A DNA stretch of 64,000 nucleotides from Arenicellales bacterium. GTDB lineage: Bacteria; Pseudomonadota; Gammaproteobacteria; Arenicellales; Poriferihabitantaceae. A program made the translations under genes and the position numbers. Positions 28,001 to 36,400 of the stretch are shown here, one piece after another. The stretch spans positions 1,812,977-1,876,976 of the forward strand of contig OY734803.1 of the NCBI GenBank assembly GCA_963457535.1, read 5' to 3'. The first letter of the stretch is position 1. Every line of letters starts with the position of its first letter. The notes below the pieces were generated by a model. The model was not told the origin of the DNA, did no database searches, and worked only from the letters and a program-made list of their open reading frames with translations.

Positions 28001-29605
28001 CGCCGCTATGCGATTGAAAACCTGACCAGCGGCACCGCCTACGAAGTGCAAGTCGCGGTGGCGACCGCGTCGCAACTCGGCGCGTGGTCGCCGTCGCAGC
28101 GCGCCATTCCCGGCACCACGCCGAACGCGCCGCCGAGTTTGCGCGCCGCGCACGGCGGCGGGCAGGTTGCTTTGACCTGGCGCGCGCCGCCGGCCGCGGC
28201 CGGCGCGGAAGTTTCCGGCTACCGCGCGCGGTGGCGGTGCGGCGATGAAATTGCCTGGAACAACGGCGGGCGCGGCGTGGATGCCGGAAGCGGCACCAGT
28301 TTCACCGTGACCGGCCTTGCCAACGACGTCGCCTGCGAGTTTCAGGTGTTCGCGGTCAGCGCCATCGGCGACGGCCCGCCGTCGCCGAGCGCGCGCGCCA
28401 CGCCGCGCGGCGGCACCCGTTTCAGTTCGGTGGTGATCGCCGACGCGAACAACTTGCAGCGGGAATTTCCGCTGGACCCGCCATTCTCGCCGTCGCAGAA
28501 CAATTACACCGTTCGCCTGCCGAACTCGGTGTCGCAGGTTCGGGCGACCATGACCAGGACGAATTCCGGCCTGATACAGGCGCAGGACTTTCTTTCCACC
28601 GGCTCGCGCAGATTCACCAGCACTTCCGGAAGCAGCCACGCGCACACCACGCAAACGATACCAGCCGGCGCCGCTTTGCGCAGCAGGATGATACTGAGCA
28701 TTTTTGACGGCGCAACCAAACGCGCGGAAATTGAAATCTTTCTGGTGCGCGCCACCGGCAACCCGCTGGGCGCGCCAGGCGCGCCGCGCGTCGCCGCGGC
28801 GAGCGACGCCGCCGGCGGACTTTCCATCGCCTGGGACGCGCTTTCCGGCGCCGACAGTTACCGCATGCGCTGGCGGCGGCAGGCCGAGCCGGGCTCCGGC
28901 GCCGGCGCCTGGCAGCCGGGCGAGAACGGCGAAACCGCGGCCTCGCCGAAAGTGCTGCGCAATCTGATCGCCGGCGCATACGACGTGCAAATCGCCGGAT
29001 TCAACGCGGCCGGCCTCGGCGCGTGGTCGCCGGCGGCGAGCGCCGAAGCCGCGGTGCCGACCATTACGCTCACCCCGCAGGCCGCGAGCAAGGTGTATGG
29101 CGCGGCCGACCCGGCGATTTCCTACACGGCCGCGCTCGCCGACGGCGACACCGCCGCGCAGGTTTTTTCGTCCGTGCCGCTCGTGCGCGCGCCCGGCGAA
29201 ACCGCCGGCGAATACGCGTATCGCGCCAAAGAGCCGCTGCCGCTGGAAACGGCGTTCCGCGCAAAATACGCGCACTATTCGGTGGTGGTCGCCGGCGCGG
29301 CCGCGTTCACCATTTCGCGCAAACCGCTGGACTACGCCTCCACCACCGCCGACAAAGTCTATGACGGCGCGACCACGCCGCCGGCCGATCTCGGCGGCGC
29401 GTTCAGCGGCGCGGTCTCGGCCACGGTCAACGGCGTGGCGATTGACGACACCATAGCCGGGCGGCTGTTCATCGGCGGCGGCGCCTACGCCGACGCCGCG
29501 GTCGGCGACGACAAAACGCTGAGCGGTTCACGCTCGCCGGCGCCGCGGCCGCCAACTACCAATTGCGCGCCGATGTGCGCGGCGACATTCGCCGCCGCGC
29601 GGTGA
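25007..29605 (+). CDS. Giant secreted repeat protein, upstream frame segment (He_PIG-like Ig, Fn3, Calx-beta, cadherin-like beta-sandwich, first YDG/MBG repeats)
   Basis: ORF 25007..29605.
- Signal-peptide-like N-terminus: MSMLKVLTRFSRRFAPRGMPAFFAALFAFALLAPPEAEA.
- Ig-like domain: LPPGISF...FTGTPTSPGEW.
- Fn3: VTVKWKAPSDAGSGGSIKNYFVRH...TEYEVEVRA.
- Calx-beta: ISITDDNLVEPDETFRLSI and VAIINDDLFEAEETIRLRI.
- Repeated Fn3 plus cadherin-like units.
- YDG-type repeats: KVYDGATTPP.
The last ~25 aa (SRSPAPRPPTTNCAP...) are out-of-frame read-through after position ~29526. Confidence 0.85.
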   Translation: MSMLKVLTRFSRRFAPRGMPAFFAALFAFALLAPPEAEAQWYQGAAFSPRDYSWQVGKDLGLARGRPPFVRGTGVLVNGCWGAATLQSALPPGISFVPYTLGIRSSNGGYSFTGTPTSPGEWKLRVRINCPPHRSRDARWSNGGVTNEVTATVAPAAGAPGRPRAPDSPDVAVAPATGGVTVKWKAPSDAGSGGSIKNYFVRHRVKAGPGAWQPSAAGTELAGSATTHSIAGLSGDTEYEVEVRAKGNDDKLGHWFAAGSAAPLTPRAAFAETALRATEGGGALSFTLNLPVAAHAAVEATITPGNITASDADYAPAPLVLAFAAGEDSAGGNISITDDNLVEPDETFRLSITALDGFDIGDPAVVTIADDDRAAARVAFHASDATVTADYTANVAEDVSGGVVTIPVTISPQPTEDVVLQIEAAPGGDADEGADWTLTTTTLTFPANNATLTRNVSVAIINDDLFEAEETIRLRIRAADADGSDSTDANYDHADLYARGGEAIVTIASEDAREASAPQNARLTPQLGGLRVSWEAPQFSRVANPNYRWRVRWREAVESGPENPWQNASGDAETGELLTDAAAREYDIAGLADGGEYDVQVAAVTSLGLGLWSAAQSATTIDASLRELSLTGADGKTIALSPAFSAGVYTYTAAEVATPAYFATVSAATNDAAASYSVNGAAPPAALTVRLATGANTINVAVTAAGGGSRVYTVTFSRAEGRAGPPQNARLTPELGRIRVAWETPQYGGVANPNYRWRVRWREAVDSGAENAWQGANGDAQNGELLTDAAARAYVITGLADGAEYDVQVAAVTRLGVGLWSDEQSATSLDASLSALSLTGADGKTIALSPAFSPSVYTYTAAEVAVAAYFATVAATTNDNAASFSVNGMKNPPINIRLSTGENTIKITVVAADNSNSRVYSVTFSRATGQAAAPANLQLVSQLGRIVASWQAPPYAGGSEILRYRIRWREAVESGPVNNWQGAAGDAVNGEILFDPLARRYAIENLTSGTAYEVQVAVATASQLGAWSPSQRAIPGTTPNAPPSLRAAHGGGQVALTWRAPPAAAGAEVSGYRARWRCGDEIAWNNGGRGVDAGSGTSFTVTGLANDVACEFQVFAVSAIGDGPPSPSARATPRGGTRFSSVVIADANNLQREFPLDPPFSPSQNNYTVRLPNSVSQVRATMTRTNSGLIQAQDFLSTGSRRFTSTSGSSHAHTTQTIPAGAALRSRMILSIFDGATKRAEIEIFLVRATGNPLGAPGAPRVAAASDAAGGLSIAWDALSGADSYRMRWRRQAEPGSGAGAWQPGENGETAASPKVLRNLIAGAYDVQIAGFNAAGLGAWSPAASAEAAVPTITLTPQAASKVYGAADPAISYTAALADGDTAAQVFSSVPLVRAPGETAGEYAYRAKEPLPLETAFRAKYAHYSVVVAGAAAFTISRKPLDYASTTADKVYDGATTPPADLGGAFSGAVSATVNGVAIDDTIAGRLFIGGGAYADAAVGDDKTLSGSRSPAPRPPTTNCAPMCAATFAAAR
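26558..27805 (+). repeat. Two tandem 624-bp (208-codon) Fn3 + cadherin-like repeat units inside the giant gene
   Basis: The units start at ccgcaaaacgcgcgcctcacgcc, at 26558 and 27182. The 50-nt string gttgcaaatccgaattaccgctggcgggtgcgctggcgcgaggcggtgga is identical at 26630-26679 and 27254-27303, an offset of exactly 624. A third, more diverged Fn3 follows from about 27806. Confidence 0.9.
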
Positions 29606-32600
29606 CTTACGCCGACACCGCCGACGCGCGCGCCTATGACGGCGGCGTCACCGTCTCCGGCGCGCTGGACGACGGCGTGTGGACGCCGCCGCTGGTTTCC
29701 GGCGACCAGGTCGGCGTGGACGCCTCCGGCGCGCGTTTTGAAGACGCCGATGTCGGCGCGGCGAAAGCGGTGACCGGCCTGTCCGCGAGCGGCGCCGCGG
29801 CCGGCAACTACGACATCACTTTCGCGGTCAGCGGCGACATCACGCCGCGCGAGGCGGTGGTCGGCGCGGTCGTGCTGCACAAGGTGTATGACGGCGGCAA
29901 CTCGCTCGCCGGCGCCGAAGTCGCGAGTGGTTCGGTAACCGGCGCGGGCAGCGAGAGTTTGCAACTCCGCCTGAAATCCGACGCGAGCGGCGCGTATGCG
30001 AGCGTCAACGCGGCCGGCGGTATTTCGCTGAGCGGCATTGACGGCGGCGATTTTGAACTTGCCGCGAGCGGCGGCGCCAAAGCCTCCAACTACCGGTTGC
30101 CGTCGGCGATCACCGCGAGCGGAATCATCGCCAAGCGTCCGCTGCATGTGCGCGCGAATAATCTGAGCGACGACGCGCCGCCGACCGCCGGGCTGGGCGA
30201 CCTGTCGCGCGTGACCGTTCTTTCCGGCGTCGCCGGAACCGGGCTGGTCGCGCCCGACACCGCGGCGCAGGTGCTGCAGGGCGCAATCGCTTTCGGCGCG
30301 CGCGTCGCCGACGGCGACACCGCGCCGATTCAGCGCGGAACGCTGGCGGTCAAGTCCGGACTGCCGGGCGACAACTACGAACTGGTTTTCATTGAGGGCG
30401 TGTTCACCTATCTGGATCCGAACCGCGCCACGCTGGTGCTGACGCCGACCACCACCACGCGCGTCTATGGCGCGCCCGAGCCGGGCGAATTCGCCTATAC
30501 GGTCGCGCCGCAGGCCGGCAGCAACTTCGCCGCCGGGCACAGCGCCGCTACCATGTTCTTCACCGCCAATCCGGTGGTGCGCGCCGACGCCGCCAACAAC
30601 GCCGCCGGCGCCTATGACTTCCTGCTGGCCGCGTCGCCGCAATACGCGGCCGGCATCCGCGCGACCTACAACTTTTTGATCGCCGACGGCGCGCAATACA
30701 CGATCACGCCGAAGCCGCTGTATTTCACCGCCACCGCCGGCACCGCCAAGGAATACGACGGCGGCGCCGCCGCGTCCGAGGATTTCGCCGGCAATTTCGG
30801 CGGCGGACTGGTGAGCGGGGACGAGGTGGATGTGGAAATTTCACCGGGCGGTTACGACAGCAAAAATGTCGCCGAGGCGAGCGTCATTAATGTCGCGCTG
30901 GCCGGCGCGAAAGCCGGCAACTACGACTTGCAGACCGCGAGTGTGAGCGCGTCCATCACGCCGCGCCCGGTGCGGGTCAGCGCGGTTACGCTGACCAAAA
31001 CCTACGACGGAACCACCGCGCCGAGCGAGACCGCGGTGCGCGGCGGCGGCGCGGTCAGCGACACCGTGCTCGGCGAGAGTTTCACGCTGCGCGTTTCCAT
31101 CACCGCCTACGAGTCGGCCGCGGTCGGCGCCGGCATCGGCGTTTCCGGCGCGTCTTTTTCGCTGGTCGCGGGCAACGCCGCTAGTTTGCCGGGCAATTAC
31201 AAACTGCCGGCCGACATCGCCATCACCGGCGCCATCACCAAACTCGCGACCACCTACACCGACTCGGTCTCGCGCGTGTATGACGCCGGGCGCGACCTCG
31301 GCGTGGAACTCGGCGGCGATTTTGCGCCGCCGCTCGCCGGCGGCGACACCGTGGTCATCAACCCGGTCGGCGCGACTTTCGGCGACGCCAACGCCGGCGC
31401 CGGCAAAACAGTCGGCGGGCTGAGCGCCGAAGGCTCGGAACTCGGCAACTACGAAGTGCAGATTGATGTCAGCGGCGAAATCACGCGCCGCCCGCTGAAT
31501 GTGACCGCCGCCGGCACCGGCGAAATCGCGCCGGCCGACCTGTCCACGCTGCTGGAAATCGGCGAAGGCGACGGGCACGGTTTTGCCGGCGACGACACCG
31601 CCGCGCAGGTGCTGCAGGGGGGCATCGCGCTGGGAACGCGCACTCCGCCGACCGGCGCCGGCGAGGCGCCGCTGACGCAGGGGACGCTGGCGTTGCGCGC
31701 CGGTTTCCCCGGGCAAAACTACGACCTGCGCTTTTTGCCGGGCGCGTTCACTTTCACGCCGCCGAGCCGCCGCACGCTGGTGGTGACGCCGGCCGCGGCA
31801 AACACGCGCGTGTATGACGGCACCGCGAGCGAGTCGGCCGACTATCCCTACACGGTGGCGCCGGTCGCCGGGCAGGAGTTTGTCGGCGACGACACCGCGG
31901 AAACCGAATTCTTCACCGCAAACCCGCTGGAACGCGCGGCCGGCGCCGACGCCGGCGATTACGCGTTTTCGCTGAAAGTGCCGCGCCCGTTCGCCGCGGG
32001 GGTGGAACTTAAATATGTGTTCGTGGTCGCCGACGGCGCCGCCTACACCGTCACGCCGAAGGAGGTGGCGCTCGGCGAAGTCGCGCTGACGCGGCAATAC
32101 GACGCCGGCACCGCGCTCGCCGGCGCGACTTTCAGCGGCGGCGAAGTCAGCGGCGAAATCGGCGCGCAGAATTTGGAAGCGCATTTGAAAAGCGGCCACA
32201 GCGGCGCGTATGCGGCCGCCGACGCCGGCGGCAATATCGGCGTCACCGGGCTCAGCCGCGATGACTTTGAACTGCGCAGCGCGGACTCCAGCGCGACCCC
32301 CGGCAATTATCAGTTGCCGGCGACGGTTGCGGTGCGCGGCGTCATCACGCCCAAGCCGGTGACGGTCACCGCAAGCGGCGCGAGCAAGGTGTATGACAAC
32401 AGCACAAGTCCGCCGTCGGGCATCACCGCCGCTTTCGCCGGCGGCGATATTTTTGCGGCGGACGCCGGGCAAGTCTCCGCGGAATTCGGCGACTACAACA
32501 GCAAAGATGTCGCCGACGCGGCTGCAATCTCGGTGGCGCGCCTGGTCGCCGGAAATGGCGGCGACAAATCCGGCAATTACACGCCGGCGAATGCAACCGT

Positions 32601-33219
32601 CGCCGGCAACATCACCAAGCGCAAACTGGTGGTGCGCGCCGATGACCGCATCGGTTTCAGCCGGCCCGACGCGGGCGAATTGCGCTGGAGCGTCGCCGAG
32701 GGCGCGCCCGGCGAGGGCCTCGCTCCCGGCGAGAGCGCGCGCGACGCGCTTAGCGGCTCGCTCGCCTACGGAGACGAAAACGCCGACGGAAACTTCCCGA
32801 TTTTGCGCGGCAGCATCGCCGCGACCGCCAACTACACTTTTGACCCGGCCGATTTCACCCCGGGCCTGCTCACCCTCGGCAGCCCGCTGGACGCCGACGA
32901 CAGCAACTCGGCCGACCATGTGGATGGGTTGCTGGTGGCGCGTTATGTGCTCGGCCTGCGCGGCGCGGCGCTGATCGCCGGACTGGAATCGCAACTGGCC
33001 GAAAACGCCGACGCCGAAAGCGTCGCCGAAAAATTAAAAGCCGGCGCCGACGAGTTTGAAGTGGACGGCGCCGGCGGCGAGCGCGCCAACGCCGCCGACG
33101 GAATCATGATCGCGCGCTACATGCTCGGCGTGCGCGGAGCCGCGCTGACCCACGGACAAAGCGAAACCGCCCCGGCCGAGGTGGAGAAAACCATCGCGGA
33201 TTTGCTGCCGCAGGAATGA
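29527..33219 (+). CDS. Same giant gene, downstream frame segment: YDG/MBG-type repeats plus a C-terminal dockerin-like module
   Basis: This is the frame of ORF 29563..33219. Read from 29527 it continues the interrupted repeat as FTLAGAAAANYQLRADVRGDIRRRAVTY. Many (K/R)xYD(G/A) repeat starts follow. The C-terminus is DADDSNSADHVDGLLVARYVLGLRG ... VDGAGGERANAADGIMIARYMLGVRG ... IADLLPQE. Confidence 0.85.
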   Translation, partial: FTLAGAAAANYQLRADVRGDIRRRAVTYADTADARAYDGGVTVSGALDDGVWTPPLVSGDQVGVDASGARFEDADVGAAKAVTGLSASGAAAGNYDITFAVSGDITPREAVVGAVVLHKVYDGGNSLAGAEVASGSVTGAGSESLQLRLKSDASGAYASVNAAGGISLSGIDGGDFELAASGGAKASNYRLPSAITASGIIAKRPLHVRANNLSDDAPPTAGLGDLSRVTVLSGVAGTGLVAPDTAAQVLQGAIAFGARVADGDTAPIQRGTLAVKSGLPGDNYELVFIEGVFTYLDPNRATLVLTPTTTTRVYGAPEPGEFAYTVAPQAGSNFAAGHSAATMFFTANPVVRADAANNAAGAYDFLLAASPQYAAGIRATYNFLIADGAQYTITPKPLYFTATAGTAKEYDGGAAASEDFAGNFGGGLVSGDEVDVEISPGGYDSKNVAEASVINVALAGAKAGNYDLQTASVSASITPRPVRVSAVTLTKTYDGTTAPSETAVRGGGAVSDTVLGESFTLRVSITAYESAAVGAGIGVSGASFSLVAGNAASLPGNYKLPADIAITGAITKLATTYTDSVSRVYDAGRDLGVELGGDFAPPLAGGDTVVINPVGATFGDANAGAGKTVGGLSAEGSELGNYEVQIDVSGEITRRPLNVTAAGTGEIAPADLSTLLEIGEGDGHGFAGDDTAAQVLQGGIALGTRTPPTGAGEAPLTQGTLALRAGFPGQNYDLRFLPGAFTFTPPSRRTLVVTPAAANTRVYDGTASESADYPYTVAPVAGQEFVGDDTAETEFFTANPLERAAGADAGDYAFSLKVPRPFAAGVELKYVFVVADGAAYTVTPKEVALGEVALTRQYDAGTALAGATFSGGEVSGEIGAQNLEAHLKSGHSGAYAAADAGGNIGVTGLSRDDFELRSADSSATPGNYQLPATVAVRGVITPKPVTVTASGASKVYDNSTSPPSGITAAFAGGDIFAADAGQVSAEFGDYNSKDVADAAAISVARLVAGNGGDKSGNYTPANATVAGNITKRKLVVRADDRIGFSRPDAGELRWSVAEGAPGEGLAPGESARDALSGSLAYGDENADGNFPILRGSIAATANYTFDPADFTPGLLTLGSPLDADDSNSADHVDGLLVARYVLGLRGAALIAGLESQLAENADAESVAEKLKAGADEFEVDGAGGERANAADGIMIARYMLGVRGAALTHGQSETAPAEVEKTIADLLPQE

Positions 33220-33235
33220 GAGGCGGCGCGGAGAG

Positions 33236-33445
33236 TTTTCCGCGGGGATTTTCCGGCGGCGGTTTTCCGCGAAGAGTTTTCCGACGGGATTTTTCGGCGG
33301 AGATTTTCCGCGAGGAATTTTCCGACGGGATTTTCAGCGGCGGTTTTCAGCGGCCCTTTTTAATGGGCGGCGCGGCGAAAATGGGCGGCATTTTTCGCCG
33401 CGATTTGCTATGATTTTTAGGCGCGATTTTCCCGCCAATTTCCCC
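33236..33445. repeat. Largest TTTTCCG motif array (13-14-bp period), between the two giant genes
   Basis: T-run starts at 33236, 33249, 33263, 33277, 33290, 33304, 33318, 33331, 33344 and 33357, with spacings of 13 or 14. Looser copies occur at about 33390, 33413, 33427 and 33438. The unit is approximately GGCGGAGATTTTCCG. Confidence 0.85.
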
Positions 33446-33466
33446 CCACCCCCCGGAGATATACCG

Positions 33467-36400
33467 ATGAAACTTCCCGTCAAATTTTTCCCCGCCGCGC
33501 TTGGCGCGTTTTTGGTTTTGTTCGCCGCGCCTTTTCAGGCGCATGCGCAGTCGTCGGATGCGACGCTGGCGGGCTTCAATCTTAACGAACCTCATAGCCG
33601 CAGCTCGCAGCGTCCGACTCCGCAGTTGGCCCCGGCGTTTGATCCGCAGGTGGAGAACTATCTCGCTTTCTTCCCGAATAACCACAGCACTCGAAGCAGC
33701 GAGCGGTCTGCGAATGTGTCGGTTAGCCCGCGAACCAAGCCCGGTCAGACCGTTCAGACCACGGCCTCGGGCAGCGGGGCTTTCCCCCCCAGGGGCACCC
33801 GCACATACACTTTCGTGGTCACGGCCGCGGACGGACGAACCACCAAGACTTACACCGTTCTCGCGCTGCTCTCGCATCACTCGTCGCCGCATGGAATCGT
33901 CATTTCCGACGCAAGCAACGATTCGCGGGAGTTTTCGCTGACGCCGGTCTACTCGCCGCTGACCGCCGAATACAATGTGGTCGTGCCGTTTGATGTGAGC
34001 GCGATCAAGGTTCGCGCGATACACCCCCCGTATCACAACCCGGCCAGTCCCCACCGCCGGGTTCACCGCAATGTGGACCTGCGCAAATGGGAGGACGACG
34101 TCAGCAGCAAAGTGGAGGACCTCACCGAAAACGCGCGCAGCCAGCAATCGGTGGCGGTTCCGGAGGGCGGCCAGGCGGTGCGCCTGAGCATCTACACGGA
34201 CGAGGTTGTCTTTCAGCTCGGCAGCGGTAGAGACGCCAGCCCGGCCAGCGAGTATTTCCTCAACATCGTGCGCGCCCCCGCGCCGCATCCGCTGGCGCTT
34301 TCCGCGCTGGAGGTCGTCAATACCGCCGACGATTCCACGCTGGATTTGACGCCGGAATTTGAGGCCGATGTCGGCAATTATGTGGTGCGGCTGCCGAACA
34401 ATCAGGACGCCACGCTGAAAGTTCGCGCGACCGCGGCCGCGGCCAATACCGCGAGCCTCTCGGTTCGCCTCAACGGCGCCGCTTTTCAGGGGAGTCTCGC
34501 AAGCGGCGCGCTGAGCAATGACATTTCCGCCGCCGGCGCGCCCGGTTCCGAGACGGACATCATCGTGCAGGTGACCGGCGCATCGGGCAGCCGCCAATAC
34601 ACGGTGCGGGTGATTCCGCCGCTGACCGCCGGCGCGGCGAGCGCGCTCTCCGCTTTGTCGGCGGCGACGCCGGACGGCTCCGCGGTGGTGTTTGACCGCG
34701 CGTTTCACCGCTCCACGAGGTCGTATTCCGCGCTTGTGCCGCGCCCGGCGAACTTCGTCAAAGTCACCGCGACGCCGGCCGACAGCAATGCGAGCATGAC
34801 GCTGAACGGCGCCGCGCTGGCCGGCGGCGCGGAGAGCGGCGAGATCGCGCTCTCCCTCGCAAACGGCGGCGCGAACAAACTTGAACTGGCGGTCACCGCC
34901 GCCGACCGGCAAAGCAGCCAAACCTACACGCTCAACATCACCCGCACGCAGGTGATTCCCGACGCGCAAAACGCGCGGCTTCGCGAGTTGCGGTTTACCT
35001 CGGGCGCGCTGGGCGCGGCTTTTTCGCCGGACACCACCGCCTACACCGCGGCGCTGCCCGGGCGGGTGCGGGTGATCGCAGTGCCCGAAGCCGCGGGCGC
35101 GAGCATTCGCATCAGCGGCGACGCGCTGACGAGCGGCGACCGCGGCGCGCTTGCCGCCGGTGCGCCGAGCGCCTTTTTGCTGCATCGCGCGCCGCCGGCC
35201 ACTTCCACGCTCAATGTGGAAGTAACCGCGTCCGACGGCGCGACCACGAAGACCTACACGGTCACCATCACCAACACCGCGCAGCGCAACATTGCGACGC
35301 TGGACGCGATTCGCTTTCGCTCCTGCGAGCGCCAGCCCGGCGGAAGCAGCGCGTTTTGCAGCACTTCCACGCTGCGCGATGAGGCCGCGATTTTTCATCC
35401 GCCGTTTGCCCCGGGAGACGCGAGCAAACTGCGCTACGCGGTGGTTTTGCCGAATACCAGCCGCCTCGCCCATCTCGTGCTGGCCGACGCCACCGACGGC
35501 CGCACCACCGCCGCGCGGATCACCAGCCCCGGTCACACGAGCGCAAGCGGCGACAACCGGGCGATAAATTTCGCCGCGGACAGATCGCGCGAAGTGCGGC
35601 TGGAGGTCATCGCCGACGACGGAACCAGGCTCACCTACATCCTCACCGTCAGCCGCGCCGCGGCCTCCAAACAGACGCTGTCGTGGCCCGCCGGCAACCA
35701 CAGAAAAGCCTACGGCGCGAATGACCCGGCGATTCCCCGGGCGGCCCTGCCGGTGGACTTTGCCACGGTGTTTTCCGCAGATCCGGTTACGCGCGCGCCC
35801 GGCGAGACGCCCGGCGTATACAACTACCGGCCGAAAGACCCGATACCGTGGGCCTCGGCCGACGCCGCGGCGCGCTACACCCTGAGCGTTAGCGGCAACC
35901 TGACCATCCCGAAGCGCCGGCTTACCCACGCCGGAACCCTGAACAAAGTGTATGACGGCTCCGCGGCCGTGACGCAGGAGATTCCGGCGTTCGGCAATGT
36001 GGTCGGCGCGCGCACCGTGAACGGCGTGGCGATTGACGACACGCAGCCGGGAAAGTTGTATGCGCGCAACTGCGCATACGCGGACAAAAACGCCGGCGAG
36101 AACAAACAAATCAACTGCGAATTGGCCGGCGAATCCGCGGCCTATTACGAACTCGCGTCGCGCCCCACCGGCAGCATCACCCCGCTGCAACTCACGGTGT
36201 TCGGCAAGGTCGCGCCGCGCGTGTATGACGGCACCACCGCCGTTACCGGCGACATCACCATCCTGTCGGCAAATCCGCCGCTGCAGGCCGACGAAGATAT
36301 TACCTTGTCCGCATCGGGCGGCCGGTATGCCGACATCAACGCCGGCTTTGAGAAGCAGGTCACGGCGGCCCTGATCGCGCGCGAGGGCGGGGACAAAGAC

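Noticed and set aside
33236-33445. The possibility that the periodic motif arrays (also 17564-17641 and 24766-24900) are CRISPR arrays.
   Set aside because: The period is only 13-14 bp with no unique spacers, there is no leader/repeat/spacer organisation, and no cas genes are in the window.
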